A stretch of DNA of 64,000 nt from Eledone cirrhosa (lineage: Eukaryota): positions 88,536,001 to 88,600,000 of the forward strand of contig OZ024746.1 in assembly GCA_964016885.1 (NCBI GenBank). Reading direction: 5' to 3'. How positions within the stretch are numbered: position 1 is the first letter of the stretch; each line of letters begins with the position of its first letter. Below the pieces are notes generated by a model. That model saw only the letters and a program-made list of their open reading frames with translations. It had not been told where the DNA came from and searched no databases. This document shows, piece by piece, positions 13,215 to 26,124 of this stretch. The position numbers and the translations under genes are program-made.

Positions 13215-13285
13215 TATTTTATCTGATGAGAACGCATATATCATCCCATGATGATAGTTGTTTTTGAAATGCGCATAATAAAATA
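13215..13285 (+). ncRNA. Type I minimal hammerhead ribozyme, intact core
   Basis: UAUUUUAU-CUGAUGA-stem II (inner UAUCAUC/GAUGAUA)-GAAA-UGCGCA-UA-AUAAAAUA. Stem I is 8 bp and stem III is the palindrome AUGCGCAU. A related copy lies at 23322-23390 (minus). Confidence 0.82.
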
Positions 13286-13422
13286 CTTGGGACTCTTTTA
13301 ACCATCTTTTGATCTTATATTATATAATATATATATATATGTATGTGTGTATGTGTTTGTGCATGTGTGAGTATAAATATATGTAAATACATGTGTATAT
13401 GTATATGGATATGTAAATGCAC

Positions 13423-13468
<46 letters not shown>

Positions 13469-14375
13469 TACACAATAATCAAAACTATGATCAAATCATT
13501 TTATTTCTGACAATCGTTTCTTCCAAACATTCGTTTGTTATCATCGGAGCACAAGCAAAATTCGGACATATAATTAACTTCATATTCAATTGAACAATCA
13601 TATAAATATATGGATATTAATGTTCTCTTCAACAGTTTCATATTTACAGAGTGGAATGGATGTGACAGAGATATAAAGAGAATTGTATAATAATTAAAAT
13701 GGTACAGAGTGGAATGCCCGCGACATAGATTACAAGGAAATAGTATAATAATTAAAGAGGCATTAAGGTAGAAAGTTACTCGTAAAACGAGGACACTAGC
13801 AGTACATATTGAAGCGTGTACAGAGTGCAAATGCGTTAGGCATATACAGGACAGCTAGGTAGGAAACAAGCAATGGTACAAGGCATATATAATTACTGTA
13901 TGGCAAAGGTATCACATAAAATAACAGGTTTACAAGCATATCAAGCAGGCAAATATGTTTGTATTTAACATTATGAATGTATGGTGGATGTAATGTGATA
14001 ATTGTTTCTGTTATGTTCAAGTGTGCATGAGTTGAGAGTATTAATATTATTGTGATATTTTCAATTACATTGGTTATATGTTATTTTAGTGAATGTTTTT
14101 AATTAGTTACAGCTATGGGTTGTATATTGGTCCTATTATACTGTTATCCAGGGTTCGAGTTGTTCTGGAGTGATTCTACACATGGTTAAATTTCAGGAAG
14201 TGAGATTGTCATCTATATTGAGGAGAGCTAATGTGAAAGGGAAGGTAATTAGCGATTAATTTGTATATGATAGAAAAAAATAGAAAATATGTATAGTTGT
14301 TTACAGCTCCAATTAGTTAAATTCCTTGTGCTAATATACATTATATTGTGTTACAAGTGAATCCCTTTTATATAA

Positions 14376-14563
14376 TTGTTTCTACTTTTGGCACAAGTCC
14401 AGCAATTATGTCAGTGTATTACTGGTACTTTATTTTATCGACCCCATAATGATAAAAGGCAAAGTTAACCTCGGCGAATTCGAACTCAGACCATAAAGGG
14501 CAGTAACTCTTTGCTGGAAGGCTTCGTGTCCGACCCACTACCGATACTGCCGAACCACCGCCC
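14376..14563 (-). mobile_element. tRNA-derived SINE inside the PLE 3' UTR
   Basis: Full-length reverse-complement match to the family consensus. Confidence 0.9.
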
Positions 14564-14637
14564 AATGCTATTTATTTATATTTAATTTTAAATACAATCT
14601 ATTTCCCTATAATACATTAAAGGTCTCATTATATTGT

Positions 14638-14680
14638 AATACACTGGGTAATTGCTGGCCTTGTGCCAAAAGTAGAAACA
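14638..14680 (+). mobile_element. Extremely 5'-truncated SINE (tail only) with 10-bp TSD
   Basis: aatacactgggtaattgctggccttgtgccaaaagtagaaaca flanked by attatattgt at 14628-14637 and 14681-14690. Confidence 0.85.
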
Positions 14681-15568
14681 ATTATATTGTTATGTATCCA
14701 TTACTGAATAAAATATGAGTAAGCTATAGAAAAAAATGTATAGTTGTTTACAGGTCCAATTAGCTAAATCTCTTGTGTTATTAATATACATTATATTATG
14801 GTATAAGGGAATCCCTCACATATAATGCTATTATGTTATATATTTAATTATGAATATAATTTACTTTTCTATAATACATTAAATGCCTCATTATATTATT
14901 ATCTACCCATTACTGAATATATTAAATGGTGGTAACTTTATGTTTATTCCTAATAGTTATTGCAGAGTATAAGCTTTGAGATGAATAGGAGTTAAGTAGA
15001 GGAATGAGCTTATCATAGCGTGTGATGCTGTGGGGGTAATTATATGCTGATAAGACCTAGAGCTGAAGTGTTAATGGTGATGAGGAATTCAGATCTGGCA
15101 TTGTTATATACTAGCAGCTAGGTTTAAAGTTATGCAAAGAGTGTCGGTGGTAGTGTTGGCACATGGAACAAATTTCTGATTTTCTATTTAAAAGGTCTAG
15201 TTTAGAATATATTATAGTGCGGGTCTCTAGAAGACGGAGGTTACACAATTTAATCGGTGGTTTATACGATACGGCCCTATCTATTATTTAAAGAAGTGGA
15301 GTTGGCTAGATTGCGATTTTTGAAAGTTTTGAGATGTGAGTTATATCTCGTCTTGAAGCAGGTCGATGTTGAACCGATATATGTTTTTGAAGAGTTGTTT
15401 GTGTTGACTGTGCATGAGTAAAACATTTCTTTGATTAAGCAAATTTATATATGTAAAAACATCTGATGTATTTAGATTGAGCTATTTTTTCTTAATGGTA
15501 ATAAGGTAGTAATGATTACTGATCTTTCATGTTTATAGTTGTATATAGTTTATATATATAACTAGAAA

Positions 15569-15642
<74 letters not shown>

Positions 15643-16061
15643 TATGTATTCGGAACGAAATCGATGCGTAGATGCACCAGCATATACTCGCTATTCAAAC
15701 AGAAACTGATCATATAGGCCGTCTTCCTTTCTTTCGATTCCACCTAATTACATAACTCTTTGGTATATAATCTCCCATGGATAACATCGCTATACATACC
15801 TTACATCAAACTATTTATACGGACACGTAATTTTAGATATTATAATTTTCGCTATGCGTAATGGTTTTCAATTATGTTTAAGTTTCTCTCTAACGGTATT
15901 TTACTTCTTAAAATATACTTTCTTACAAACTGCTTAAATTACTGGGCTATTCTTTAACCACACAACTCACCCTTTTTATCTCACTCATGCGTTGCATTCG
16001 CTATATATATGCTTCGTTATATTATATTTCAAAAGGATTCCGTAACTAAATTAATTGATCT

Positions 16062-16212
16062 AAATTCCTGAGGAAATGATGGAAAAATTGTTATGCCATA
16101 TAAATAATTAATTAATTGACTGCTTAATTAATTCCTTTGATTGGTAGTACATATATCCTTACATAATTGATTGTAGAAATAATTGATTGAAATTCCATAA
16201 CTGGAGTAGATT
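16062..16212 (+). ncRNA. Possible hammerhead with expanded stem II
   Basis: CTGAGGA at 16068, then GAAA-TTCCA-TAAC-TGGAG-TA at 16189-16208 (6-bp stem III, GUA site). Stem I is weak. Confidence 0.4.
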
Positions 16213-16440
16213 CCCTTAAGAATGTATTATCTACGCTTTTTGGTTTTTCTTTTGAAATTATTATTTACGCTCTGTGGATTTCGTCGTTTTTATCTACACG
16301 TATCATAACCCATTGGATTAGAAACCGGATATCATTGATTCGTGCATGTTTTTCTAATCGGAATAATGCTTTGAGAGCTTAAATTGTGTTCCAAAATTAC
16401 TACCCATTACTCCACTTCCATTTACGCTCTCTCACACTCT

Positions 16441-16726
<286 letters not shown>

Positions 16727-16836
16727 AGGTGTGTGTGTATGTGCGTGGATGTGTATTTTTAATATACGGATTTGAAAATGTTTGCATAAAAACGTAATGA
16801 TTGATTTAATAATAACATATTAATATAATAAAACAG

Positions 16837-16870
<34 letters not shown>

Positions 16871-17490
16871 AAATATTCAATAAAGCGAGGCATATTGTTT
16901 TAGGTTTTGAAATGGCTATAAAGCTCTTTCTTTGTTATTAATTTTACGTCTATGAACTACACAACTGGCAGTGTTGAAAACGTTTGAATGAACATTAAAT
17001 AAAATGGGAAGTAACATCAAAAGTGTTTCTAATATAAAAATGGCGTACGATACTTTTTGAGAAGAAAACTATAAAAAAAAGAATACATTTTCCTTTAAAT
17101 TTTAGAAAATGAAACTATTTAACTTATATAAGGGGAAATGGAAATGTTGTATCTAGATCTGGATGATATGTAATATTTAGTTCATATCTAGTCTTGTCAG
17201 CAAAATCTCAACATGTTCGCCTAGCCTAAGTCCAATATCCCATTGCCTACTATACATGGATGTAATACTAACTCTGAAACATACATATTCATAAACTGAT
17301 AGGTGCCTGTACGGGCCTATATATGCGCATGCCCTCGTATAGATATTTATTTATATTGACAGGCATTTTCATATGCATATATTCTCGTGTTAACTGGCTA
17401 TTCACAATTATGATTGACGGATGATGTTCACAAGTGTACTCTAATAAAAAGTGTTTTGGGCAATTGTGACTATTCGTTGAAACATTATTG

Positions 17491-17743
<253 letters not shown>

Positions 17744-17976
17744 ATTATTGCTTATATATATATGGACGCGTGCACACATATACATCTGTCCGCATACATG
17801 CAAACACCTAAGCGCTTATATAGATACACATATTTAGACACACACACACAGTCACGTACATATATCTACAGGATGTCACTAAAAAATCGACATCACTTCA
17901 CATATTCACACCTCAAATGATGTTCATTTTTAGGGGGATAACCTCTATACATGCTATATATATACATATAAGTATA

Positions 17977-18016
<40 letters not shown>

Positions 18017-18017
<1 letters not shown>

Positions 18018-18272
18018 TCAGCTCAAAAGTGACACAGAGGAGACTGAGGTTAGCTGGACATGCTCATCGACATCCAGAGTTGATATTGCACTCAGTGCTC
18101 CTTTGGGAGCCCCTACATGGACACACTACAAGAGGAAGGCCAAGGTTAACGTATGTTGATGCCCTAAGGACAGACACTGGTCTGTTGGAGACGCAGGACA
18201 TGGCAGCGATAATGAGGGACAGAGACCGCTGGAGAGAACTCGTCCAAGGATCTCGGGAGTTTTACCCGCCTT

Positions 18273-18274
<2 letters not shown>
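18017..18274 (+). mobile_element. RTE/RTEX-type LINE 3' fragment embedded in (TA)n
   Basis: QRRLRLAGHAHRHPELILHSVLLWEPLHGHTTRGRPRLTYVDALRTDTG...MRDRDRWRELV is the typical RTE-group C-terminus (L.W.GH..R, RGRP, DR..WR). Confidence 0.85.
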
Positions 18275-18357
<83 letters not shown>

Positions 18358-18521
18358 TATATATATATACTTCGTTGTCAAATATATCAATATGCCCAGA
18401 CATGCAGATATATTGCCCTTGCTATGACAGTGTGGTTTTAGCTCAATGTATGCTAACTAGTATACTACAGAGCCGTTATAGTTATAGGAATAACCAAAGA
18501 GTACTTTGAAATACATTGTAT

Positions 18522-18577
18522 TATTAGCTAACAGCGTTTCCTCCATACACCATGGCAGGAATCATCAGAGCCTATAA
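18522..18577 (-). ncRNA. Type I minimal hammerhead ribozyme, intact core
   Basis: Minus strand reads UUAUAGGCU-CUGAUGA-UUCCUGC CAUGGU GUAUGGAG-GAAA-CGCUG-UU-AGCUAAUAA. Stems I and II pair, stem III is minimal, and the cleavage triplet is GUU. Confidence 0.78.
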
Positions 18578-19071
18578 ACATGAGTATATTAGTCGTTGCA
18601 TGCTCCATCGTGATGCGTCACCAGAACAAGGTTAAAGGACGAGCAGGGTGTGTCCCAAGGCCAGCGCTATATGGAAAAAGACAGAATACATGATGTACAT
18701 AATGTCATTAAATATCTTAAAAATTAAAAAATTAAAAATTACACCAAAAGTTTATCACTTAAATGGTGCAATAGATGATAAAGTCGTTGGGAGAGGGTAG
18801 CAAGGCATGAGTGAGGGTATTACTCAGCATGATCAGAAACAATAAGAAAATAATAAAAAAATAATAAATAGTACAAGAATACAGGGATAAGAAAAGAGAT
18901 TAATATAAAAATACAAAACAATGAAGGAACAAAAAGCCCCGAAACCCCCAAAAGTATAAGACAAAGCAAAGCATAGATGCATCAAAGCACAAGCTGTGCA
19001 ACAAGAGGGTGTTCAGACAGATCAATATCAAGCTTGCAAACTCTCTTGATCTGCCTGTACACCCTCTTGAT

Positions 19072-19806
19072 GAGATGAGTTTCAAAGGATAAATATACAC
19101 ACCGAAAGTATATCTAAGTGAGATAAGAGATGAGAATAACGTGGAAGAAGAATATTTATAATGCAGGATTCATTACATTTTGATTATAATACTTATAATG
19201 ATAGGTTGAAAAATTATGACTTTGTATAAAATAACATATGGTTCATGTTTTAATTATATTTATAAGATAATAAAAAAAAAACTTTTAACTTCTTAACTTC
19301 ATAACATTTAATCATTAGAGTCATCTGAGTTCTTAAAAAAATCACTTCTAACTTCCTTTACAGTTCCTTACGGTTTTTATAATATAACTAACTGGTTATT
19401 CCTTTGTAAACTCTCGTATATTCTTCTTAAATTTGGATATTTTAATTTTTAAATTAAATTAAATTAAATTTTTGACTTACAACTTTTAATAAATAAACTA
19501 TACTAGATTTTCCCTAATATATTTATTTGAATAATTTATAATCCTTAACACACACATTTAAACTAATTATTAATATTAAATTATTAAATTAAATCTTTAA
19601 TATTAAGGTAAATTTTAATCTTTAATCTTTAATTTTGATTTCTAATTTTTTATATTTTAATTTTAATCTAATTTTTCAACCTATCATTATAAGTATTATA
19701 ATCATAAAGTAATGAATCTTGCATTATAAATATTATTCTTCCACGTTATTCTCATCTCTTCTCTCACTTAGCTATACTTACGCTGTGTATATTTGAAATT
19801 CATCTC
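19072..19806. repeat. Inverted duplication (~19072-19216 vs ~19669-19806) carrying an HHR remnant
   Basis: gagatgag...gaagaatatttataatgc...gataggttgaaaaatta is repeated in reverse complement. TGATGA...GAAA-GTATATC-TA at 19068-19116. Confidence 0.85.
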
Positions 19807-20214
19807 TTCTTGCACTCTATTTTCACTATCAATTCTTTCTTTCCTCTTCTATATTTCTCCTTTCTTTTTTCTTTTTTTCTTTTTTTCTTTTTTTCTTTTT
19901 TTCTTTTTTTCTTTTTTTCTTTTTTTCTTTTTTTCTTTTTTTCTTTTTTTCTTTTTTCTCTCCCTTACATATCACCTTCTTCCAGGTGTGTTTAGTGTGA
20001 GCGCGTGTATATATGTGCCGGTGGGTGTGTGCGTGTGATAGGGAGGGGGGAGGAGGAGAATAGGGGAGGGAAGGGATGTTAGTATGTTAGTTGGGGAAGG
20101 GTGGTCAGATGAGGGGTGCAGTGGAGGTGTTAGTATTTTTAGTTGTGGGGTGGGCGGTGAAAAGGAGGGGTGTGTTAGTGGGGGATAAGTGTGGGGGAGA
20201 GGGGGGGTCGAAGG

Positions 20215-20593
<379 letters not shown>

Positions 20594-21539
20594 TATATAT
20601 ATTATATATATATAAAGGTAAACGAGATGTTGTTTCCTCAGTTGAGGTTTAGAGTAATCTGTACCTAGCAGTGTTTCAGCGTACTGTCGTGTATATATAT
20701 ATATATATATATATGGGGGTGTGGGGGGTAGGTGCAGGCTGTTTGTATGTGTGTATATATATATATATTTATATACCCACACAACCCAACATATATTAAG
20801 CCTTTAGAAAACAAATGATACGTGCAGAAACTATGATATGTGTCGCTCAACCTCAACTAATATACACATACAGCAACGCGCCATATTTACGTTGTACATG
20901 CGTATATCTGTTGCCGCGTATATGTAGTATATAGGCCTGTTTAGCGGAAAATGTAATATTCCATATAAATAAATATTTAGATTTAATAATTAACCTTTTC
21001 AAAAATTACACTATTCCTTATATGTGGCTTTAAAATTAAAAATGTAGCGAATATTTAGCAAAATGATTTATATTTCCCCCTTTCGAAAAATCAACCTTAG
21101 CTACGACTAATTAATGTTTTTAAGGAATTAATAACATCATGGTATTTTTTATTTAATTTTATTCCATCTTATTGTATTTCCCTCTTCCTCCATAAATTAA
21201 ACATGATTTACATTGTAATTAAGAAACAAAATGAGATTACATGTTTTATCTGTTGCGATGGAAAGCTAATTAATTCTCAAAATGATTTTACAAAGAACAT
21301 TTCATCATTTCATTTACTGTCACCAACCATAATGATGATTCAAATATGCTTTGAATTAAGAATAAAATTAATAACTAAAGACACATAGTGTGGTATATTT
21401 AGCGAATGAAAATAATGTTTTAAAAATAGTCTAACAATGGAGGCTATGTATGTGATGGAATTCTGAAGAGATTCAATTACTACAATTAATTATTGTGCGA
21501 TAAGTACTGCATGTTCCATAGAAAAAACACTAGTAATAA

Positions 21540-21888
21540 CTGTTTCTACTTTAGGCACAAGGCCAGCAATTTCACAGTGCATTACTGGTACTTTATTTTA
21601 TCGACCCCGTAAGGATGAAAGGCAAAGTCAACCTCGGCGCGATTTGAACTCAGATCGTATAGGGACGTAACTATGCTGGGAAGCATGGTGGCTGACCCTC
21701 TACCGATACTGCTGGCCTTGTGCCAAAAGTAGAAACAATTATGTTGTCTAGCATAATTACGTCCCTTTACAGTCTGAGTTCAAATCTCGGCGAGGTTAAC
21801 TTTGCCTTTCATACTTACGGGGCCGATAAAATAAAGTACCAGTAATGTACTGGTTTATAGCTGGACTTGTGCCTAAAGTAGAAACAAT
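21540..21888. mobile_element. Cluster of SINE copies: minus copy fused to a plus tail, then a 5'-truncated plus copy
   Basis: 21540-21712 minus, 21710-21737 plus tail, ~21757-21888 plus. Confidence 0.88.
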
Positions 21889-22754
21889 TACGTAACATAA
21901 TTTGGCTTACTCCAGACTACGGTCCAGAATCTGAGAAAACTGGTGAGGGTATGCACTGGCACAATAAATCAAAAGTAGAGTTTGTGAGATGTCAAATATT
22001 TTAAATTGCTGTGGGGAGTAGTTTTCAGTTCCTTTTCTTCAACAGAAAGATAAAAAGATGGAGGAGTTGTCTGCTCATACTGCCAGTTAGGCAAACAATT
22101 GTCATTCCTAGCACATCGAATCAAACCTCAATGTTGTTCGCGTTGAAATATATAATTGATGGGGAACTCGATGATTTAGTATATGCTGTGGGGACATGTA
22201 CAATACCTCGACGGCAAATAAAATACAATATATTATCGACACTTAATAAACGTATAATTTTGTATCTGTTATCGATTATTTAATCTAATTATATCTTTTT
22301 TCATATAAACCATAAAAACGAACTTGCAAATTTGTTTTAAAAAGATTTTAAAATAATATAGTCGCACAGTAGCAGTAAAATTATAGCAATAAAATAATCT
22401 GTTATAGTCAAACGTTGCCTTGAAATGTGTAGACAATTTAGATTTGAAAACACCCGAATTTGACTACATGACAAATATCATTAAACCTAAAAGTATTTCT
22501 GTGTGTAATTATTCGTTTCTTTAGCCACACCTTAGAATCTTATGTATAGACATGTAGATGCATATTTTTTTTATGACTCTATATGGCATATGAGGCAACG
22601 AATATGCCATACAATCAAAAACAGAATCAACAGAAGGTTGTTCTGTCATCCGCATGAAAGATCTACGTTTAATTAAGTTCTATGTGAAATGTAATTACCC
22701 AGACAAACATCATATTCATTACGATATTTGCGTATTAATCGTCGTAGTTGTGGG

Positions 22755-22807
<53 letters not shown>

Positions 22808-22812
<5 letters not shown>

Positions 22813-23170
22813 CGGGTAAAATTCCCGAGATCCATGGACGAGTTCTCTCCAGCGGTCTCTGTCCCTCATTATCGCTGCCATGTCCTGCATCTCCAACAGA
22901 CCAGTGTCTGTCCTGAGGGCATCAACATACGTTAACCTTGGTCTTCCTCTTCTAGTGTGTCCATGTAAGGGCTCCCAAAGGAGTACTGAGTGCAATGTCA
23001 ACTATGGATGTCGGTGAGCATGTCCAGCTAACCTCAGTCTCCTCTGTGTCCCTTTTGAGCTGAGTTTTGGGATGCTCCCATACAGCTCTGAGTTTTTCAT
23101 CCTCAGTGTATACTGATTAATGTTCAGAGCCATCCTCAGCATTCTCGTGTAGCACCCATCCACCATCTGA
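22808..23170 (-). mobile_element. RTE/RTEX-type LINE 3' fragment, same family as 18017-18274
   Basis: VDGCYTRMLRMALNI...ELYGSIPKLSSK.TQRRLRLAGHAHRHP*...RGRPRLTYVD...REFYPP runs directly into (TA)n. Confidence 0.87.
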
Positions 23171-23189
23171 GTATATATATATATGTGTG

Positions 23190-24760
23190 TGTGGTAAGAG
23201 GTGAGTAATATTGTAGAACAATAAAAATATGCATACACCAGATAAGTAGCACTCGACAGTTTGTAGAACTGGAGTATATATAAAGAAGAAATTAAAATAA
23301 GGTTAAAAAAGTTCCATATATGCTATTATGCGCATTACGAAAACAACATCATCCTGGGAAAAAAATTGTGTTCTCATCAGATAAAATAAGGTAACATGAT
23401 ATGAGGCTTAAATACACTTGTGAACAAGAAAGTGTCCAGCCAGCATATGACAAAAATATAAGAGAAGAGAAAACATAATAGGAAAAATGAAGAAAAGGAA
23501 AGAAGGAAAAGGGAAAAAAGAAATAGAAGAGAGGAAAAAAGAAAGAAAGAAGGAGGAGAGAGAAAGAGAAGGAGAGAGAGAGAGAGATTTTTGATCAGGG
23601 AAAGCTGTCAAAAATTGAAAAAAAACAGCTGTGAATAAGGGCTAAAAAATGTAATAATAAAAATAAATAAATAAATAAACAAATTGATGAGGGGAATGTT
23701 CTAATATACAAAGATGTATAGAATAAAGAAACTGGGTATATCATTTAATATTGAGTTTGAATACTAAGAATTGGATTAAGAAGTGTAAAAATGCATTAAT
23801 AAAATAAAAATACAATAAAATAAAATAAAATAAAATAAAATAAAATAAAAATTAAATTCAAGATAATTATAATAATTATAAAAAAGGGAGCTTTTTAAAT
23901 AAAATATAGTAAAATACAAAAAAATAAAATAAAATAAGATAGACTAGAATAAAAATAAAAATAAGAATAGTCTATCTATGTCAAAATTAAAAATTACTAT
24001 TAAAATATATATATATTTGGGGTATAGTATTTGACTATTATTTTATGTCAACAAGTAAATAAAGGAAATTGCTAGAAAGGTTTATAAATGTAGAAAGACA
24101 TATGACGTCATAAATTGTTTACAAAATCTACGAAGGTTTGAGGGAATAAAATGTTACGTCAATAGAGAAAGAAGGTGAAAGGGTTAATAATGCAGAGAAA
24201 GGGGGATTAATACATTGTAGAATATAATGAAATATGTGAGAAAAAATGTGTGAAGAGATATATGTGTAAAAAATATATGTGTAAAAAATTAACCGATATT
24301 CGTAGAATAAGTAATAGGAAATTAGCGGTAATCTTTCTGAAAGGTCTTAAAAGATGTATGAATGCAGAGACCAAATAAGTCCGTACATCTATATATTAAA
24401 GAGTTGAAATTTGAGATAAATTTTTCAGCTATAAATATATTACAAACTCTAGGCATTGGAGTAAGGTGACGCGTTGCAAATTTTACGCCAAGAGATTTTG
24501 TAATTAATGTTGTTTGTCTTTTAAGGACCAAATAAGTTCTGAGAATGCGGTGCTGGTCCTTTTAAGTGGATATTTAAATGTAGTAGAATGGTTATAGAGT
24601 CTTTATTTAAAAGAAGTAGAGCATATGTAGGTATATGTATTGGTACCAGTTACCACTTTACATTCGTAAATTAAGTTTTTATCGAGACAGAAATTACTAA
24701 GAGGACCCCCCCCCCGGAAAAAACCCATTTGATGTATGTGAACCCGAAATATATAGGGAC
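23190..24760 (-). mobile_element. 5'-truncated PLE (GIY-YIG tail, pyrimidine-rich 3' UTR, HHR remnant)
   Basis: About 24700-24400 gives frameshifted CLDKK/LIYECKVVTGTNTYTYICSTS..RLYNHSTTFKYPLKRTSTAFSELIWSLKDK..VCNIFIAEKF. HHR CUGAUGA..GUAA-UGCGCA-UA at 23380-23327. Confidence 0.78.
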
Positions 24761-26124
24761 AATCAAATCTCTCCCAAGGTAACTCTATCTCGTGTTATTA
24801 TTTTTATTTTTATCCTTTACGCTCTTTCCTACATTCTTATACACGCTACAGTCTTCTACACGCCCCACACCTCAACGTACAACACTTACATCACTCTCTC
24901 CACCACCGGATCTTGTTACCAGCCTTCCAAACGACTTAAATAAATATACCTTATCATTCCACAATGCTTCAAGCAAACTTCAGTACTCTCATATATATAT
25001 GTAAAACAAAATTTAATGTAAAAAGGACTTCTACAGGACTAAAAATATTTCGTTCGAAGGAAAACATCAGGTTTTTTCTGAAAAACTTCTAGTCCCGTAG
25101 AAGTCATTTCTGTATTAAATTTGTTGTATACATTCAACTAATGCATTAGGTACCTTATTTACTGTGATTACCCCCAATTGAACACGGGAATTCCACAGAC
25201 ACAAACACACATATCATGCATTATATATACTAACAGAAAAACCACCCTCGGGTGGTTTCCTTCTGGCATGTGTAGTGTGTATATTGATATTATACACAAT
25301 TATATATGTATGTAGATATGATACATCAAATAAAATCGTAATTCACAATATACACAGAAATCAAACGAAGTCTATGGTACACTGTACTCTGTAATCAGTA
25401 AAGTAATCCATGATACATTTATAAAAAGACGATATTATATATGAACTGCATTAGGAGAACATTAGCGACGGAAATATATGAGATATTTTTATAAGTGTTA
25501 TAATATAACGGCCACTAAAGGGATATGTTGACATTTTAAAATGTTAAAGAAGTGAATCTTTAAATAAGCTATAAAATCTATTTAAACAACAGCAACGAAA
25601 TTTAGCACATAAATTATGCAATATGCATTCATTATTTATTCAAAGTAATCAAACTTATTTTACAAACGGGGTAAACATATATATGCATGTATGTATATAT
25701 ATTTACATACTACTGTACGTCTGTATACATATATGTATGTACGTATACATACTTATATTTAAGTAACAGCCGTACTAAGAGTGAGAAATGAAATTTCGTT
25801 TCATTTCTTCCGTTTATATATATATATATATGTTCAAATCGTAAGGTATCAGATTCGCTAAGGTGAAGAAAATACTAACTATTGACAATAGGGTTTGCCA
25901 GATTCAATTTAAGAATACATCAAGAAAGTAAATACAAACAGGAATTGTGGTAACAACCAATCACCCAGTCAGCATTTGACTATGCTGTTTCGCAAATTAA
26001 TTGTGAAGAGGATCACCATTTCTGGCACATCAGTGGGTGAACAATTAGTAAGTGCCTCACTTCTAAGTATATCAGAAAACTGAATAGTGTGCGTATATAT
26101 AATAATGCACTTGGTATCAGAACT

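Larger units (their letters stand above)
13466..15574 (-). mobile_element. 5'-truncated PLE (GIY-YIG tail, long 3' UTR, terminal HHR remnant) between two (TA)n tracts
   Basis: About 15440-15110 translates CLIKEMFYSCTVNTNNSSKTYIGSTSTCFKTRYNSH...LCNLRLLETRTIIYSKLDLLNRKSEICSMCQH. An HHR-like CCGAUGA..GAAA-CGAUUG-UC motif is on the same strand at 13547-13509. Confidence 0.8.
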
